Below are positions 24,486 to 38,571 of a DNA stretch of 64,000 bases, one piece after another (the first letter of the stretch is position 1; every line of letters starts with the position of its first letter). The notes beneath the pieces were generated by a model. It made no database searches. It was not told the origin of the DNA and worked only from the letters and a program-made list of their open reading frames with translations. Location: NCBI RefSeq assembly GCF_006345805.1, contig NC_043006.1, positions 6,386,001 to 6,450,000 of the forward strand, read 5' to 3'. Position numbers and translations under genes: made by a program. The stretch is from Octopus sinensis (taxonomy: Eukaryota).

Positions 24486-25545
24486 ACTAGCAGAGATACC
24501 CGGTGTTGCCCGGTTAAATTTAATTGAAGAATTAGACTTTTCTGTTATATTTTCTGGATGAACTGGAATATCTATGTTTCAAATTTCATCAAAATTGCAC
24601 TTTACACACCCTAAAAAAATTGTAATCGTGCCACATGGAAACCAAAAGACGAATGATCACAATAAGCAGCCAGCTACCCTACCCTAGTCGTTACCACTCC
24701 CAATGTAGGATTCCTCACCACCCAGGTGACAGGCACAGCCGTAAGATGCATTACGAATCTATAGCAATTGGAAGGGCGTGACCCAACTGAAATCAACATT
24801 AACAACTGTTTGACGGGAGGTCTTAGGAGAAATTAAAGTGTCATCTCTGGAGTTTGCAAATGACCACTATACTGATACGTAACTGGACAAAATAAATTTA
24901 CAATCTCTAAATGTCTTTGAATAACCAGTCACTCGTCTGGGAAGGCCTTGAAATCAGTGTTACCATCTAGGGACTATGTGTGACCGAGTGATAATAAAAA
25001 GACTGAAAGGAGGTCTGCAATCAAATAACTTCACTCAACACTTTGCAACTGAATCAGTGGAGACAAAGATGCCTCTCATTTACTTGACAATTTATGCAAC
25101 ACATTTATGCATCACAATGTAAGTGTATGTCAAAGCAAACTGTTACACTGTTGTACCATTGAGTTAGAAATAATGCCCAACTTTTATGCTCGGGTAACCC
25201 TACAGCTTCCAAGAGCACAACTATATTCATTTTTGCTTAGATAAAATGACAAAATTGTGGGTGTTAAGTCCCCATGGAGGGGGTCTTTCTAACTTTGTAA
25301 GAAGATGAAATTTTATAAATATTACTTCATTTGTGTCTAATATCTATGGTTAAAATTTCATCAACAGCAAAAATATATGAATTGTCATAGGGGTTATGGC
25401 CCTTATGCTTAGAATATAATTTCCAAATTTCATAAAGATCCATTCAGCACTTTTGACCTAGTTTTGGATCATAAAAGAAATGACTAAAATTTGGGAGTTA
25501 AGGCTCCCATTAGGGTGTTATATATATATATCTATATAGATATAG
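24486..25545 (+). mobile_element. Third Helitron/Helentron-like family
   Basis: Start ACTAGCAGAGATACCCGGTGTTGCCCGG; internal aaatttcatcaaaat and aaatttcataaagatcc motifs; ends in tatatatctatatagat. Confidence 0.4.
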
Positions 25546-25829
25546 ATATATGCACACACACACACACAAAGATAAATTGATAGATACAATTGAGTGGGCA
25601 AACAAAAATATGAGACACAGCCTAGTGCTTTTTTATGTTGACAAGCCTAGTACTAATTCTATCAGTTTGTTCTTGTGAAACCAGTAAGTTTTGTGGATGT
25701 AAATAAATGAACAGCAGTTGTGAAGCAGTGATGAGGGCGAAACACAGACACAAAGACATACACTTACATATATACATATATATACGATTGATTTGTTTCA
25801 GTTCCTATCTACGCAATCCTTATATATTG

Positions 25830-27245
25830 TTGTTGGCATCCTTTTTGTCTCGGGAGACAATGGAGTTGCGCATAAAATAATCTAGTCCGGCTTTTACATT
25901 TCATGTCCTAATACATCTCCTGCTGTGGCTGTGTAGTCCTATCCTGGACAAACACTCCCTCTGGCAGGTGCCGCAAATGTAGCGAAGACTTTGCCTGGCT
26001 GGTTGTAATGTCATAGTTTCTTGTTGACGTCTTTTCTTGTCTTTCCATTTCTCCTCTCTCTCTATGTCACTCCTTTGTCTTCCCTCTTTTACGGTACGTC
26101 GCCAATCTCCACAGTTGCTGGCAACTGCTTCCCAGTTGCTAATATTGATGTTGCAGGCCTTCATGTCCCTTTTGCAAACATCCTTGTATCGTAAGAACGG
26201 TCTTCCCACAGACCTAGTGCCCCTAGCAAGCTTTCCGTTGAGTATGTCCTTGGGGATTCTGCCATCTTCCATACGGCTAACATGTCGAAGCCATCTCATA
26301 CGTCTTTGTGTGAAGAGTGTAAACATGCTTGGTATTCCTGCTTGCTTGAGGACATCTTTGTTGGGGACATGATTCTGCCATTTGATGCGAAGGATTTTCC
26401 GGAGGCAGCGCAAGTGAAAGATATTTAGGCGACGTATGGCGTCGTATGGCGTGTGTATGGCGTCCAAGTCTCACTTCCATACAGTAGAGTGCTAAATACA
26501 CATGCCTGATAAATCTTCATTTTTGTGGTCTTGGTCAGCTTATTGTTGTCCCATGCCCGTTTGGAGAGTTGGGCCATCGCAGCAGCTGCCTTGCCAATGC
26601 GTATATTGAGCTCAGTATCAAGGGATAGGTTGTAGGTGACGGTAGAGCCAAGATAGGTAAATTTCTCCACGTCCTGTAGTCTGTGGTCTCCAATATGTAT
26701 GTTTGGGATGGTCGATGTAGCCTGACCCATGATGTTGGTCTTCTTGAGGCTGATAAATAAGCCAAAGTTGCCACATGCTAGCTCAAAACAGTTGATGAGC
26801 CTTTGTAGGGCTTCTTCTGTGTGTGATACCAGAGCGGCATCATCAGTAAATAGCATCTTCTTGATCAGAACGCTTCTGATTTTGGTCTTGGCACGCAGAC
26901 GTGAGAGATTGAACAGTTTCCCATCACTTCTACTGTGCAGAAACACTCCATCATCTGATGTCACAAAGGCATGTGACAGCAGCAGCGAGAAGATGCCAAA
27001 TAATGTAGGAGCAAGGACACAACCTTGCTTTACCCCATTTTTTATTTGGAAGGCGGCTGATGTTGAACTATTGTGCTGTATGGTGCCTTGCATATCATCA
27101 TGGAAAGATGTGCTGATCCTCAGCAGCTTTGGTGGACATCCGATTTTTTTGGAGCAGGATGAAGAGGCCTTTCTACTTACCAAGTCAGATCAATGAAGGC
27201 CATATATAATGGCATTTTCTGCTCTCTGGACTTCTCCTGAAGTTT
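25830..27245 (-). mobile_element. RTE-clade LINE, frameshifted 3' half
   Basis: ORFs 26425-27183 (GVKQGCVLAPTLF, LFTDDAAL, FTYLGS) and 25901-26467 (FHLRCLRKIL...CGTCQRECLSRIGLHSH); frameshift coincides with a small gtatggcgt repeat at ~26433-26463. Confidence 0.92.
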
Positions 27246-27249
27246 GCGT

Positions 27250-27736
27250 ATGGAGAATATCATGTCAACCATTTCGTTGCACAATACATCTCCATCTTTC
27301 CTTTACCTTGAAAATACCCTCTTTCCAGAATTGGGGTGGTTTCAAGGCAAAGAATTCATCAAGGTATCTTTTTACGTCATCTAAGGAATTGAAATTTTTA
27401 CCATTAAGACTTTTCTGCAGAGACCTGAGTAAGTGGAAATCCGAAGGAGCAATATCTGGGGATTAGGGAGGTTGGGGGTAACACATCCCAGCCGAGCTGC
27501 AGCAATTTTTGTCTGGTTCCCAAAGCATCAAGTGCCGAAAATGAACTTTCTCATCTTTTATTTTACAGAATTAACACAAGTTATAGGAACATAACCTTCT
27601 TCCACGAAAAGATAGCTTAAACTATGCTCTAAATGGAGGTGTAGTCAAATCCTATTTTATGGACTCAACCATGTTCTAAAATAAGTCGAAAGATAAGCTA
27701 CTATAAATCGGCACGAACTTTCCGGACAACCCAATA
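27250..27736 (-). mobile_element. Internally deleted mariner element
   Basis: TIR-like ttgggttgtccggaaagttcgtgccgattt; N-terminal KVHFRHL joined directly to LGWDVLP...DIAPSDFHLLRSLQ...FWKEGI...ERW. Confidence 0.8.
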
Positions 27737-28089
27737 TTTCTATATTTTTATCATGAAACTCTTAACATAGATATGCGTATATTCGTATGGAATAATACCT
27801 CATGTGCTACATCTGAATTTTCTTGTCTGAATGTTTTAAGACAAATATCCGTAATTTTTATCGTATTCCACATTTTATTAATACTTAGCTCATATACGGA
27901 GGCAAAAATGTTGTACTATATACTGCAGGTTATCCCCATTAAAATTCTCGTATTATATACATTATATGACTTACTTCCATCTATTTACAAGCTTTTTAAT
28001 CCCATCAATGTAAAACTCTTTTGGTTTCAAAGCGAAGAGCTCTGAAATGTCAGGTTCGACCTCCTCCTGGCTTGCGAAAGTTGTGTCCC

Positions 28090-28900
28090 CCTAATAATTC
28101 TGTAAACTATAAAACAAATGGTATCCTGAAGGTGTAAGGTCGGGAGAATAAGTTGGATGAAGAAATTTTTCCAAACCGACCTCTTCGATCTTCTGTGATG
28201 TGATCTTTGCAGTGTGGGGTTGCGAATTGTCCTGATGAAACATCACTCGTTTTCGACTCACTAAAGCGGCTCTTTTTTCCTTCAAATCTTGGTTCAAACG
28301 CTCTAATTGCTGACAGTAGACTTGAGCATTGATTGTTGCATTAGTTGGTAACAATATAAAGTGAATTACGCCTTTGCAATCGCACCAGATAGAGTAGAAC
28401 CTTTTCCCATGAAGTTCCCTTCTCGGTTGTGGTTGAGCATTTTCCCTTTTACCAAGCCACTGTTTACGACGAAAAAGGGTGAAATGAGTTTGCGAGAATG
28501 GAGAGAAGAGCAGATGTCAACTCGGGATTTGCGATTGCTTTCGGACAATACATGAGGCACCTATTTTCCAAGTTTAGGCATCTTTCCACGTTGTTGAAGA
28601 TGACGATGAACTGTTGTATGGTTTGAAGTAAGCTTTATTGCCAATTCTTCAACTGATAATGACGGATTTTCTTCAAGTAATGCCTCAAGGAGCTTATCAT
28701 CAAACTCAACTGGACATCCTATTCGATCTTCATCTTCAATTTTGCAAACGATCTTCTGCAAGTTCTTTCATACAAGCATTCTTTCCCATAAACTGAGTGT
28801 ATGTTTCGAGTCACTTCGGCTGCAGAGTTACCTTTATTGTACTCATAGAGAATTATATGTGCCTTAAATGCTCCTTGGATACTTCCATGTTGAAAGGGTT
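28090..28900 (-). pseudogene. Mariner transposase remnant
   Basis: ORFs with EDEDRIGCP, MPHVLS, FHQDNSQPH and YSPDLTPSGYHLF; broken by stops and deletions. Confidence 0.85.
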
Positions 28901-29049
28901 TTAATCAAAGCAATTTTAGGGTGTCCACGAAGTCTGGGTACATGGAATAAAATCAGAACATAAACAAATATAAGAAATAATAATTTTCCTTTTTTACTTT
29001 TGTTTAAATTAAATAAAAAAAAATACTTTACTTTTCTAAATTTATTTGT

Positions 29050-29210
29050 TATTTTTTCTACAGATGATCGAATGATGGCTCTATCTAAAGAAGAAAGAAT
29101 CCCAGATCGAATGATGGATCTGTATAAAGAAGAAAGAATCGAGTTAGTATTATTAAGTGGACGAGAGGGATGGTCTTATCGCAAAATTGCACAATGTGAA
29201 GAATATTCCA
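29050..29210 (+). mobile_element. Tc1-like transposase N-terminal fragment with 39-bp tandem duplication
   Basis: MALSKEERI...ELVLLSGREGWSYRKIA; duplicated gatcgaatgatgg...aaagaagaaagaatc. Confidence 0.55.
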
Positions 29211-31099
29211 GCAGCATTACAGAAACGGTATTAGCGTCAAGTTTTAAAATTCTTTTAAAATTCGAACCCTGTGCTTTACTCTCCACTACACTCTTCTGGC
29301 TCACAATACTTAACCACATTGCAACACAATTATTCTTATTGAAAGGTCCTGATCTATATAATATTATCCCAAAACAAAACCAAAGAAGAAAAAGATAAAA
29401 TAACCTTCAAATGATATCTGGACCAAATTGTTCAAGAGTTACTAGACAAAGTGCTTACAACTGATAGGGCTAAAATGCCACAAAAATAACTTTAAAATGA
29501 CTTAATAGACTAATCAGGTGTTGCTAATAATTGAGACATGCCGTGGATCAATTTTGACCGAACCACCTCTTAGTTTCTATAAGTTTAAAACCTGATTCCA
29601 TGTTGGCTACAAAACATCGAAATACATTCTTAGTTTCAATTTCAAAGATTGATGCATTCACTAACCCAGGACAAAAAGAAATGCAAAATTCCCATTGCAG
29701 GACTACAAAACATCTTACGATCATGCACAAAGATGGATTAATGATATTGTCACAGTTCCCCAGATATTGGTTTAACAGACCAGAAATTTGATGTATCATT
29801 TAGGCGAGATAACGGTTTTGCACGTGAATTATTTTAAATGTCTGAAATTTAGAAGTAAGAAACAAACGGTATGAACTGATTACAATGCGGATAACGTTTT
29901 CTATTTTATCTTTTGTTTGAAAATATATTTATCACTGAAGAAAATAACTGTTGTTGCCTATGAAGTCCTTTAATAAATTGTATTTTAAATAAATTCTGAC
30001 AGTTTTTTTGCCGCTACTTTTAATCCGCGTTGGGATTCAAACGTTATTTCCTTTATATATCGTACATCTCTTTTTTTTCTGCCTAGTTAACTTTAAGATT
30101 GTTAATCTTCAGAGTAAATTTAGTAGTAATATATTGTATTCTGATATTGAAAATAATATCATATACCAATGTCACCATGATCTATTCTCAAGACAATTTA
30201 TGTAAGAAAAGTTCAAACTTCTATCTTTCTACAAAATGATATTTATTACTGCATGATATCTTTTACTTTTACCCTTAGGATAGCAATATTCTTTCTTTGA
30301 GATAATAAATCAATCAAATCTACATGCTTGTGAATGATATTATCTTAAAATCGATAACGTTAATTCCAAATTCTAAATTCCAAAATATTATAGAATAAAA
30401 TCATGAAGTCTAAGACTGTGCACAATCGTACTGTTAACTTAATTTCCGAATTGCATTACCCCTCATATCATGGCAGCAGCGGCCTGTTAATCTGTGAGAT
30501 TCTAAATTTATTTCCTTTCCAGTAATATCACGCTTGCATTTATTATTCTTTTCATCTATATTATTATTAGGTTTATAAAAGAGAATATATCAGGCCTGCC
30601 TTGAAATTGTGACGAATCTGAGGATTTGAGGATCCTATCTAAAGGATATTCAAGAATGGAATTAATCTGGATCATTAGAGGAATTTTTCTCTACAAACAA
30701 ATGCAATACTCTTTATAGGTATTGAACCAACTCTTTGTTTTTTTTATCTTTTTACCTTTTCTTTTTTGATGAATCGAAATTCTGATAATATTTATTTGCA
30801 GCTGAAAATATATCTCTTAAATTACGTTTGTTGTTCAGTGGCAGGTATTTCTAATGGTAGAAAATGCAATTTGTTATCTCACCGGTGGGTAGCAAAGAGA
30901 CATAATATCTTAGATGCGTTATTAAATCCTAATTGCAGTTAAGCATTTAGAATATTTGAGCTTCGGAGTAAAATAGTTGGGTGTCAGTGTTGTTTAACAA
31001 AATTTCACCCGTGAGCATAAAAGCATATAAACTATGAAAATGTTTGAATTAACCAACATCGTTTTTTCTGCAGTCAATTATACACTAGATAACATTTTA

Positions 31100-31472
31100 G
31101 GGAGGCGCAATGGCCCAGTGGTTAGGACAGCGGACTCGCGGTCATAGGATCGCGGTTTCGATTCCCAGACCGGGCGTTGTGAGTGTTTATTGAGCGAAAA
31201 CACCTAAAGCTCCGGCAGGGGATGGTGGTGATCCCTGCTGTACTCTTTCACCACAACTTTCTCTCACTCTTACTTCCTGTTTCTGTTGTACCTGTATTTC
31301 AAAGGGCCGGCCTTGTCACTCTCTGTGTCACGCTGAATATCCCCGAGAACTACGTTAAGGGTACACGTGTCTGTGGAGTGCTCAGCCACTTACACGTTAA
31401 TTTCACGAGCAGGCTGTTCCGTTGATTCGGATCAACCGGAACCCTCGTCGTCGTAACCGACGGAGTGCTTCC
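31100..31472 (+). mobile_element. SINE family C1 with 13-bp TSD
   Basis: tRNA-like head ggaggcgcaatggcccagtggttagg; TSD agataacatttta at 31087-31099 and 31473-31485. Other copies: 17206-17586(+), 18024-18413(-, TSD aatctgttattgt), 56336-56644(+, 5'-truncated, TSD atagtgtatgata), 57412-57793(+). Confidence 0.92.
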
Positions 31473-31624
31473 AGATAACATTTTAAATTATAACATTTAA
31501 ATGCAAAGAAACAGAAAAGAAAAGATAAAAGGAGAAAAGAAGGAAAAAGAAATACAGCAACAGAAGGTAGAGGAGAGAGGTGATGTGTCACACCCCCTCG
31601 GAACAAATGGTGTGATCAGCCGCG

Positions 31625-32600
31625 CCCCACAGTAATGAGCGCGATGGCATTGCCGCGGATGATGACTAGTGATACTCGTTTCATCAACCACTCCACCTCC
31701 GGACTCATTTCTCTTACAGGCTGCCGTCATCTCGATTTTGCGGAGGAAATCAGTAGTATGGGGTCACACGAAACCTTACGTCTCGACGGTGACCGACACA
31801 AACTTATAGCGGCTTGTCAGGCCCCTGTAATTATTGACTTTTCTCTCTTCCGCCTAATGGGCGGAGACCATCGGGTGTGCAGCCAATGCAGCAAGCTGGA
31901 GACTATCGGGTGTGCAGCCGATGCAGTAAGGCTGGAGAATCTGCTGTTCCTTGTCGCATCCTAGATTTAGTATATGTCTCCCTCGAATGGGAAGAGGATT
32001 ATTCCGTCAGGGACCTATCGGTTGAAGTTCAGTTGGGAAGCTTGCCACGTCGAGACCCCTTCTACTTATGATATTCAAAGCGACGTGTTTGGGGAATCGG
32101 ACTGCGCTAAGGAGAACGGATGCAGGCCGAATTCATTTTCTACTGCTCCACAACATTTGTGCGGCTCACGTATGCAGGGCGAAAGTGTAGGGGTATTCCA
32201 ATACGAAGGCAGTCATCACCTAGAAGAATTGAGCCAGTCGCCGCTCTTTGGCTGCAAGTTGGGGCGGCGGCAGGCAAGATGGTGTTCATCTAAGGATGTG
32301 TCTCACCGCTCGAAGATGAACTTGCGCCTGATGTCATCCCGGTTACGTTGGACATCCGCATTCTGGGGAACGGCAAAGCCTTCAACAATTCAATCGGCTA
32401 AGCCTTTTTCCAGTTCCTGGGCCATATCTGATACGCCATACCATGGAGTATGTCGCCGATGAGGGTACAGCTGAAGGAGAGTGAGGAGAGATTGCCCGAT
32501 ACAGCCATGTTCAATCCAGAACGGAGATCAAGACCACCAAATATAACAGGTAGTTTAGACTGTGGCCAGTGGTGCCGGATTATGTTTTATTTGACGACTG
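31625..32600 (-). mobile_element. Decayed CRE-like non-LTR retrotransposon, C-terminal restriction-like endonuclease region
   Basis: Frame-broken motifs SKLPVIFGGLDLR, PKSGDWLN, LRIGIP, EPHKCCG..N.FGLHP, VPDGIILFPF, YKFVSVTVET, WLMKRVSLVIIRGNA. Confidence 0.7.
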
Positions 32601-35003
32601 TGGTCATATTATCTAAAATACCCTTTTCTTAATATGACCGTATATGATTTTAGAAAATATATTTCCTAAGTTTAGCTTTTTGAATTACTACCTACAGGCT
32701 TCACTGTTGAGTTGATTCAAATAAATTATATCATTAACCGGAATTACATATAGTGTATAACGGTCGCCTATGAGAAAATTGAACGAATAAAAACGTTGTG
32801 GTTATTTTCTGTAGATTGGGGTTAATAAGACACACTCAGGGAAAAATTATAAGATCAAAAAGTTTGAAGTAATTTTACTATCTAATTCTAAGATGTTACT
32901 AGAAACAAGCCGTTTCCATGTACTATATGAATTTGTTAATCATGATTCTGTCCTCTCTCGAAATGAGTTCTCTCTCTCTCGATCGAAAAGAGCCCTCACT
33001 CGAAATGAGTTTTCCGCAAAACCCTTCGGTATGCGGTTCTTTAATCCAATATTTGACAACATGTGATAACAGCTAAACAAAAAGTCAACTACCTATGTTA
33101 CATAAATTTTAAAATTGCCAAACATCGACGTGATCACGTTTCATATTTATTGAGTCGCGTTCCAATCACGTTTCCTATTTATTGAGTCTCATTTCAATCT
33201 GGTACCAATACTCAATAATAATCGACGCCAGTTCCGCAGTGAACATGGATGGCAATAATGTTTGCGCACATAGCATTTTCATATTATGAAACTTATCTAG
33301 GTATGAAACTCCTTATTTTTGTATCAATAAATTCATGCTCTATTGGTTTATTCGCACTTGATTGCCTATTTATTTTGATTTTTCTACAATAGATTTATTA
33401 TACTTTGCTGCTCGGTAAAACATTTTCAGGATAATCTCATTGCAACATAATATATAAAAAACATAAGTCAGATCATACTTTTACTAAGGGTGACAGTACC
33501 GTATTCATAGCGGCCAAGTAACCAATAGTTTTTGTTGTATTAATATGAAAATGATTTCAATGGCTTTAAGAGATAATACTAATTTAAACAGCGGCTGAAA
33601 TTCATCTCAAATATTTTATATTGTGGAGTCAATCGGTGATGACAAAGCTCGTTTTGATATTCTAAAACGCGTCACGTCAAGAAGAGTCGCCATTATATTT
33701 CCCCTGGTATGAATTTATAAATCATCAATTTAATACGCTAAAGCATTTTAGAAATTTAGTGTTAAATACTCATACACCACTTTAGACAATGAAGCAGTTT
33801 CATAAAATGAACTTAGAATAAAAAATATATATTTACAATTATTATTGCTACTACATTTTTCTAAAATATTGCTACTACATATTTCTAAAATATTCACAAT
33901 ATTCACAGGCGCAGGAGTGGCTGTGCGGTAAGTACCTTGCTTACCAACCACATGGTTTATGAGTGGATTTGGTAGACGGAAACTGAAAGACGCTCGTCGT
34001 ATATATGTAAATATATATATATTTCTTTACTGCCCATAAGGGGCTAAACATAGAGGGGACAAACAAGGACAGACGAAGGGATTGAGTCGATTATATCGCC
34101 CCCAGTGCAAAACTGGTACTTTATTTATCGACCCCGAAAGGATAAACGGCAAAGTCGACCTCGGCGGAATTTGAACTCAGAATGTAACGACAGACGAAAT
34201 ACCGCTAAGCATTTCGCCCGGCACGCTAACGTGTCTGCCATGTATGTGTGTGTATATGTTTGTCCCCCCCCCCCCCCCAATATCACTTGACAATCGATGG
34301 TGGTGTGTTTACGTCTCCGTAACCTAGTGGTTCGGCAAAAGAGACCGAATAAGTCCTGGGGTTGATTTGCTCGACTAAAAGGCGGTGCTCCAGTATGGCC
34401 GCTGTCAAATTACTGAAAAAGAGAAAGAGTAAAGAGTAATATTATGAAAAAAGTGTTCTTTTCCTTGATGTGTTTTTACGTATTTTAAGCAATTAGACAT
34501 TCAGTTATTTTTAGTCAACACAACTGTATTTTTAGAAGATATTTGATAGGAAATTAATTCTTGATTACGCAAACTTATGCATATAATTTTATATATTCTT
34601 AGATGTCTGCTTATTATCACCTCTGTGTGTATTCTTTAGAACATATATCATGCTTAAACAGACTGAAGTTCTCGTTTACTTAAGAAATAATTAATATTTG
34701 GACTAATTAAGAATTTTAAAATTAATTCCAGTATTTTCCTTTACACACAAAATGCAATCACATATGTATATACACGCTCACGCAACTACGTATACATAAA
34801 CAGATATGTGTATGTATGAATATATATAAATATTTACTTCTATGTATAATTTTCCCTCACGGGCTATTCTTTACTGGAAAGCAATACTCTCGTATTGCAT
34901 TACTATTTTTATTGAAACTTCTTCACTGTTCTCGTTCTGTTTTAGCGTTTCAGTCGAGTGTATTGGCATTAATGTGGCAACATCTGAAATGTTGTCGTGG
35001 TAT

Positions 35004-35082
35004 ATGTTGGCTGATGAAGATAGATCAAGTATATGTGTGCAGGCATATCTTGAAAAATCTGAAACCGGTCCCGGTCCCACAT
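35004..35082 (+). ncRNA. Type I hammerhead motif with extended stem II
   Basis: AUGUUGG-CUGAUGA-[4+5+6-bp stem II]-GAAAC-CG-GUC-(CCGGUC)-CCACAU; canonical core and GUC cleavage triplet. Confidence 0.75.
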
Positions 35083-35267
35083 TATCCCTTTCTAGGTGTT
35101 TCATCTTTCAGATGTTCTCCCTGGAGGTAAGACAATTTTTTTCAAATTTGTTGCACTCACGCAATTTTGTTAGTATATACACGGTGAAGCTATACATTAG
35201 CGTCGTATTATTACGTTCGCTATTTTCCAGTAAATATCGGTACTTCGTTGTGCCATATATTTACTTC

Positions 35268-35306
<39 letters not shown>

Positions 35307-35316
<10 letters not shown>

Positions 35317-35890
35317 ATTTAGGAATGGTCATATTGCCAGTTTAGCCAATAAAAACACACGCACTATATATTTGGTGTTATTTTGCTTCAGTGTTATTTA
35401 TTTTTTACATTAATCTTAATCTTATTTCGGCCAGAGTTCTTTCGTCACACTCCTGTGACCGCATCAGTGGTCCTTTGTTTTCTTCTTTCTTATTTGTGTC
35501 TCTCCTTACTAACCGTCAGCCATTTTGTATTTCTATTGTATGTCTTCATTTGCGCATGCTTATATCTCTATGTGCGTTTATGTTTATTTAGTGTGTGTTT
35601 GTGGGGGGATGCTTGTAATATTTGTATCTTCTGTTTATATATGTTCATGTAATTTGTATTTTGTTTTTGTTGTTTTTGTTTATTCTTATTTTGTTCATGT
35701 GTTTACATCCACTTATTATTATCATTACATATGCTTGTATGTATGTATAACAACAATACTAGTAATAATAATAATAATAATAAATCGAATCGAAAAAAAA
35801 TAACACTGAAGCAAAATAACACCAAATATATAGTGCGTGTGTTTTTATTGGCTAAACTGGCAATATGACCATTCCTAAATACAACAATAT
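35307..35890. repeat. Perfect 93-bp inverted repeat with 398-bp spacer
   Basis: 35307-35399 is the exact reverse complement of 35798-35890. Confidence 0.95.
35431..35470 (-). ncRNA. Degenerate minimal hammerhead motif
   Basis: CCA-CUGAUGC-G-GUCAC/GUGAC-GAAA-GAAC-UC-UGG; A9 replaced by C. Confidence 0.55.
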
Positions 35891-35942
35891 CTGTTTCAAC
35901 ACACGATTTCACATAAAAAATCTTGCACAACAAATATTTAAA

Positions 35943-37213
<1,271 letters not shown>

Positions 37214-37312
37214 ATATTATTAGAGACAAAACCACTATTATGCAAATCAAACAAAGAAAGACTTAATCCAATACATAAAATTTTTTATATAAATTAAATA
37301 AAATTAAATTCG

Positions 37313-37358
37313 CCACTACAATTGTTTCGTGTCTCTTCTAAGGACATTCATCAGGTGG
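37313..37358 (-). ncRNA. Minimal type I hammerhead motif (left palindrome arm)
   Basis: Exact reverse complement of 37445-37490. Confidence 0.8.
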
Positions 37359-37444
37359 TATTCAGATCTTCTATTCAATTTTAAGTTATTTTAACTTAAA
37401 ATTTTAAGTTATTTTAACTTAAAATTGAATAGAAGATCTGAATA

Positions 37445-37490
37445 CCACCTGATGAATGTCCTTAGAAGAGACACGAAACAATTGTAGTGG
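37445..37490 (+). ncRNA. Minimal type I hammerhead motif (right palindrome arm)
   Basis: CCAC-CUGAUGA-A-UGUC/GACA-C-GAAAC-AAUU-GUA-GUGG; stem III ACAAUUGU is palindromic. Confidence 0.8.
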
Positions 37491-37600
37491 CGAATTTAAT
37501 TTTATTTAATTTATATAAAAATTTTTATGTATTGGATTAAGTCTTTCTTTGTTTGATTTGCATAATAGTGGTTTTGTCTCTAATAATATTATATATATAT

Positions 37601-37631
<31 letters not shown>

Positions 37632-38179
37632 GTGCGTGCGTGTATGTCTGTGTGTCTGTGTTTGTCCCCCTAGCATTGCTTGACAACCGATGCTGGTGTG
37701 TCTATGTCCCCGTCACTTAGCGGTTCGGCAAAAAAGAGACCGATAGAATAAGTACTGGGCTTACAACGAATAAGTCCCGGGGTCGAGTTGCACGACTAAA
37801 GGCGGTGCTCCAGCATGGCCGCAGTCAAATGACTGAAACAAGTAAAAGAGATAAAAGAGAAAAGAGATACATGCACACACACACATTATATATACACCCA
37901 TAGATATTTATATGCATATGCATGCATGTATATATGCATTATACATTATACTATATCATATTATATTAAATTATATTATATATTATCAAATTTAAAAGGT
38001 TTAGAACTTCACATCAGTAAATTAATAATAGGAAAATAAAAAGGAATATGTTAAGAAAGCAGAATATCATTTTTATGTAGTCGGCTACTGGTCTCGGCCA
38101 TTTTAAAGACGACCTATATATGTGTGTGTGTGTGTGTGTGTGTATGTGTGTGTGTATGTGCGTGTATGTATATGTGTAT

Positions 38180-38510
38180 ATATATGTATGTGGTTAGAGC
38201 GTCGAGCTTACGATCGTGAGGTTGTGAGCTCGAATCCCGGACCGGGCTGCGTGTTGTGTTCTCGAGCAAGGCACTTTATTTCACGTTGCTCCAGTTCACT
38301 CAGCTGTAGAAATGAGTTGCGACGTCACTGGTGCCAAGCTGTATCGACCTTTGTCTTTCCCTTGGATAACACTGGTGGCGTGGAGAGGGGAGGCTGGTAT
38401 GCATGGGCGACTGCTAGCCTTCCATAAACAACCTTGCCGGACTTGTGTCTAGGAGGGTAACTTCTAGGTGCAATCCCATGGTCATTCATGACCGAAGGGG
38501 TCTTTACCCC
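38180..38510 (+). mobile_element. SINE family D
   Basis: Head gtggttagagcgtcg...tcgaatcccgg, CORE-like gagcaaggcactttatttcacgttgctccag, tail catgaccgaaggggtc. Chimeric relatives at 16058-16370, 18631-18780 and 23600-24110. Confidence 0.8.
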
Positions 38511-38512
38511 TT

Positions 38513-38567
<55 letters not shown>

Positions 38568-38571
<4 letters not shown>

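Noticed and set aside
31100-31175. tRNA genes at SINE heads
   Set aside because: The A/B-box-like heads continue into repeated SINE bodies with TSDs, and I could not fold complete cloverleaves.
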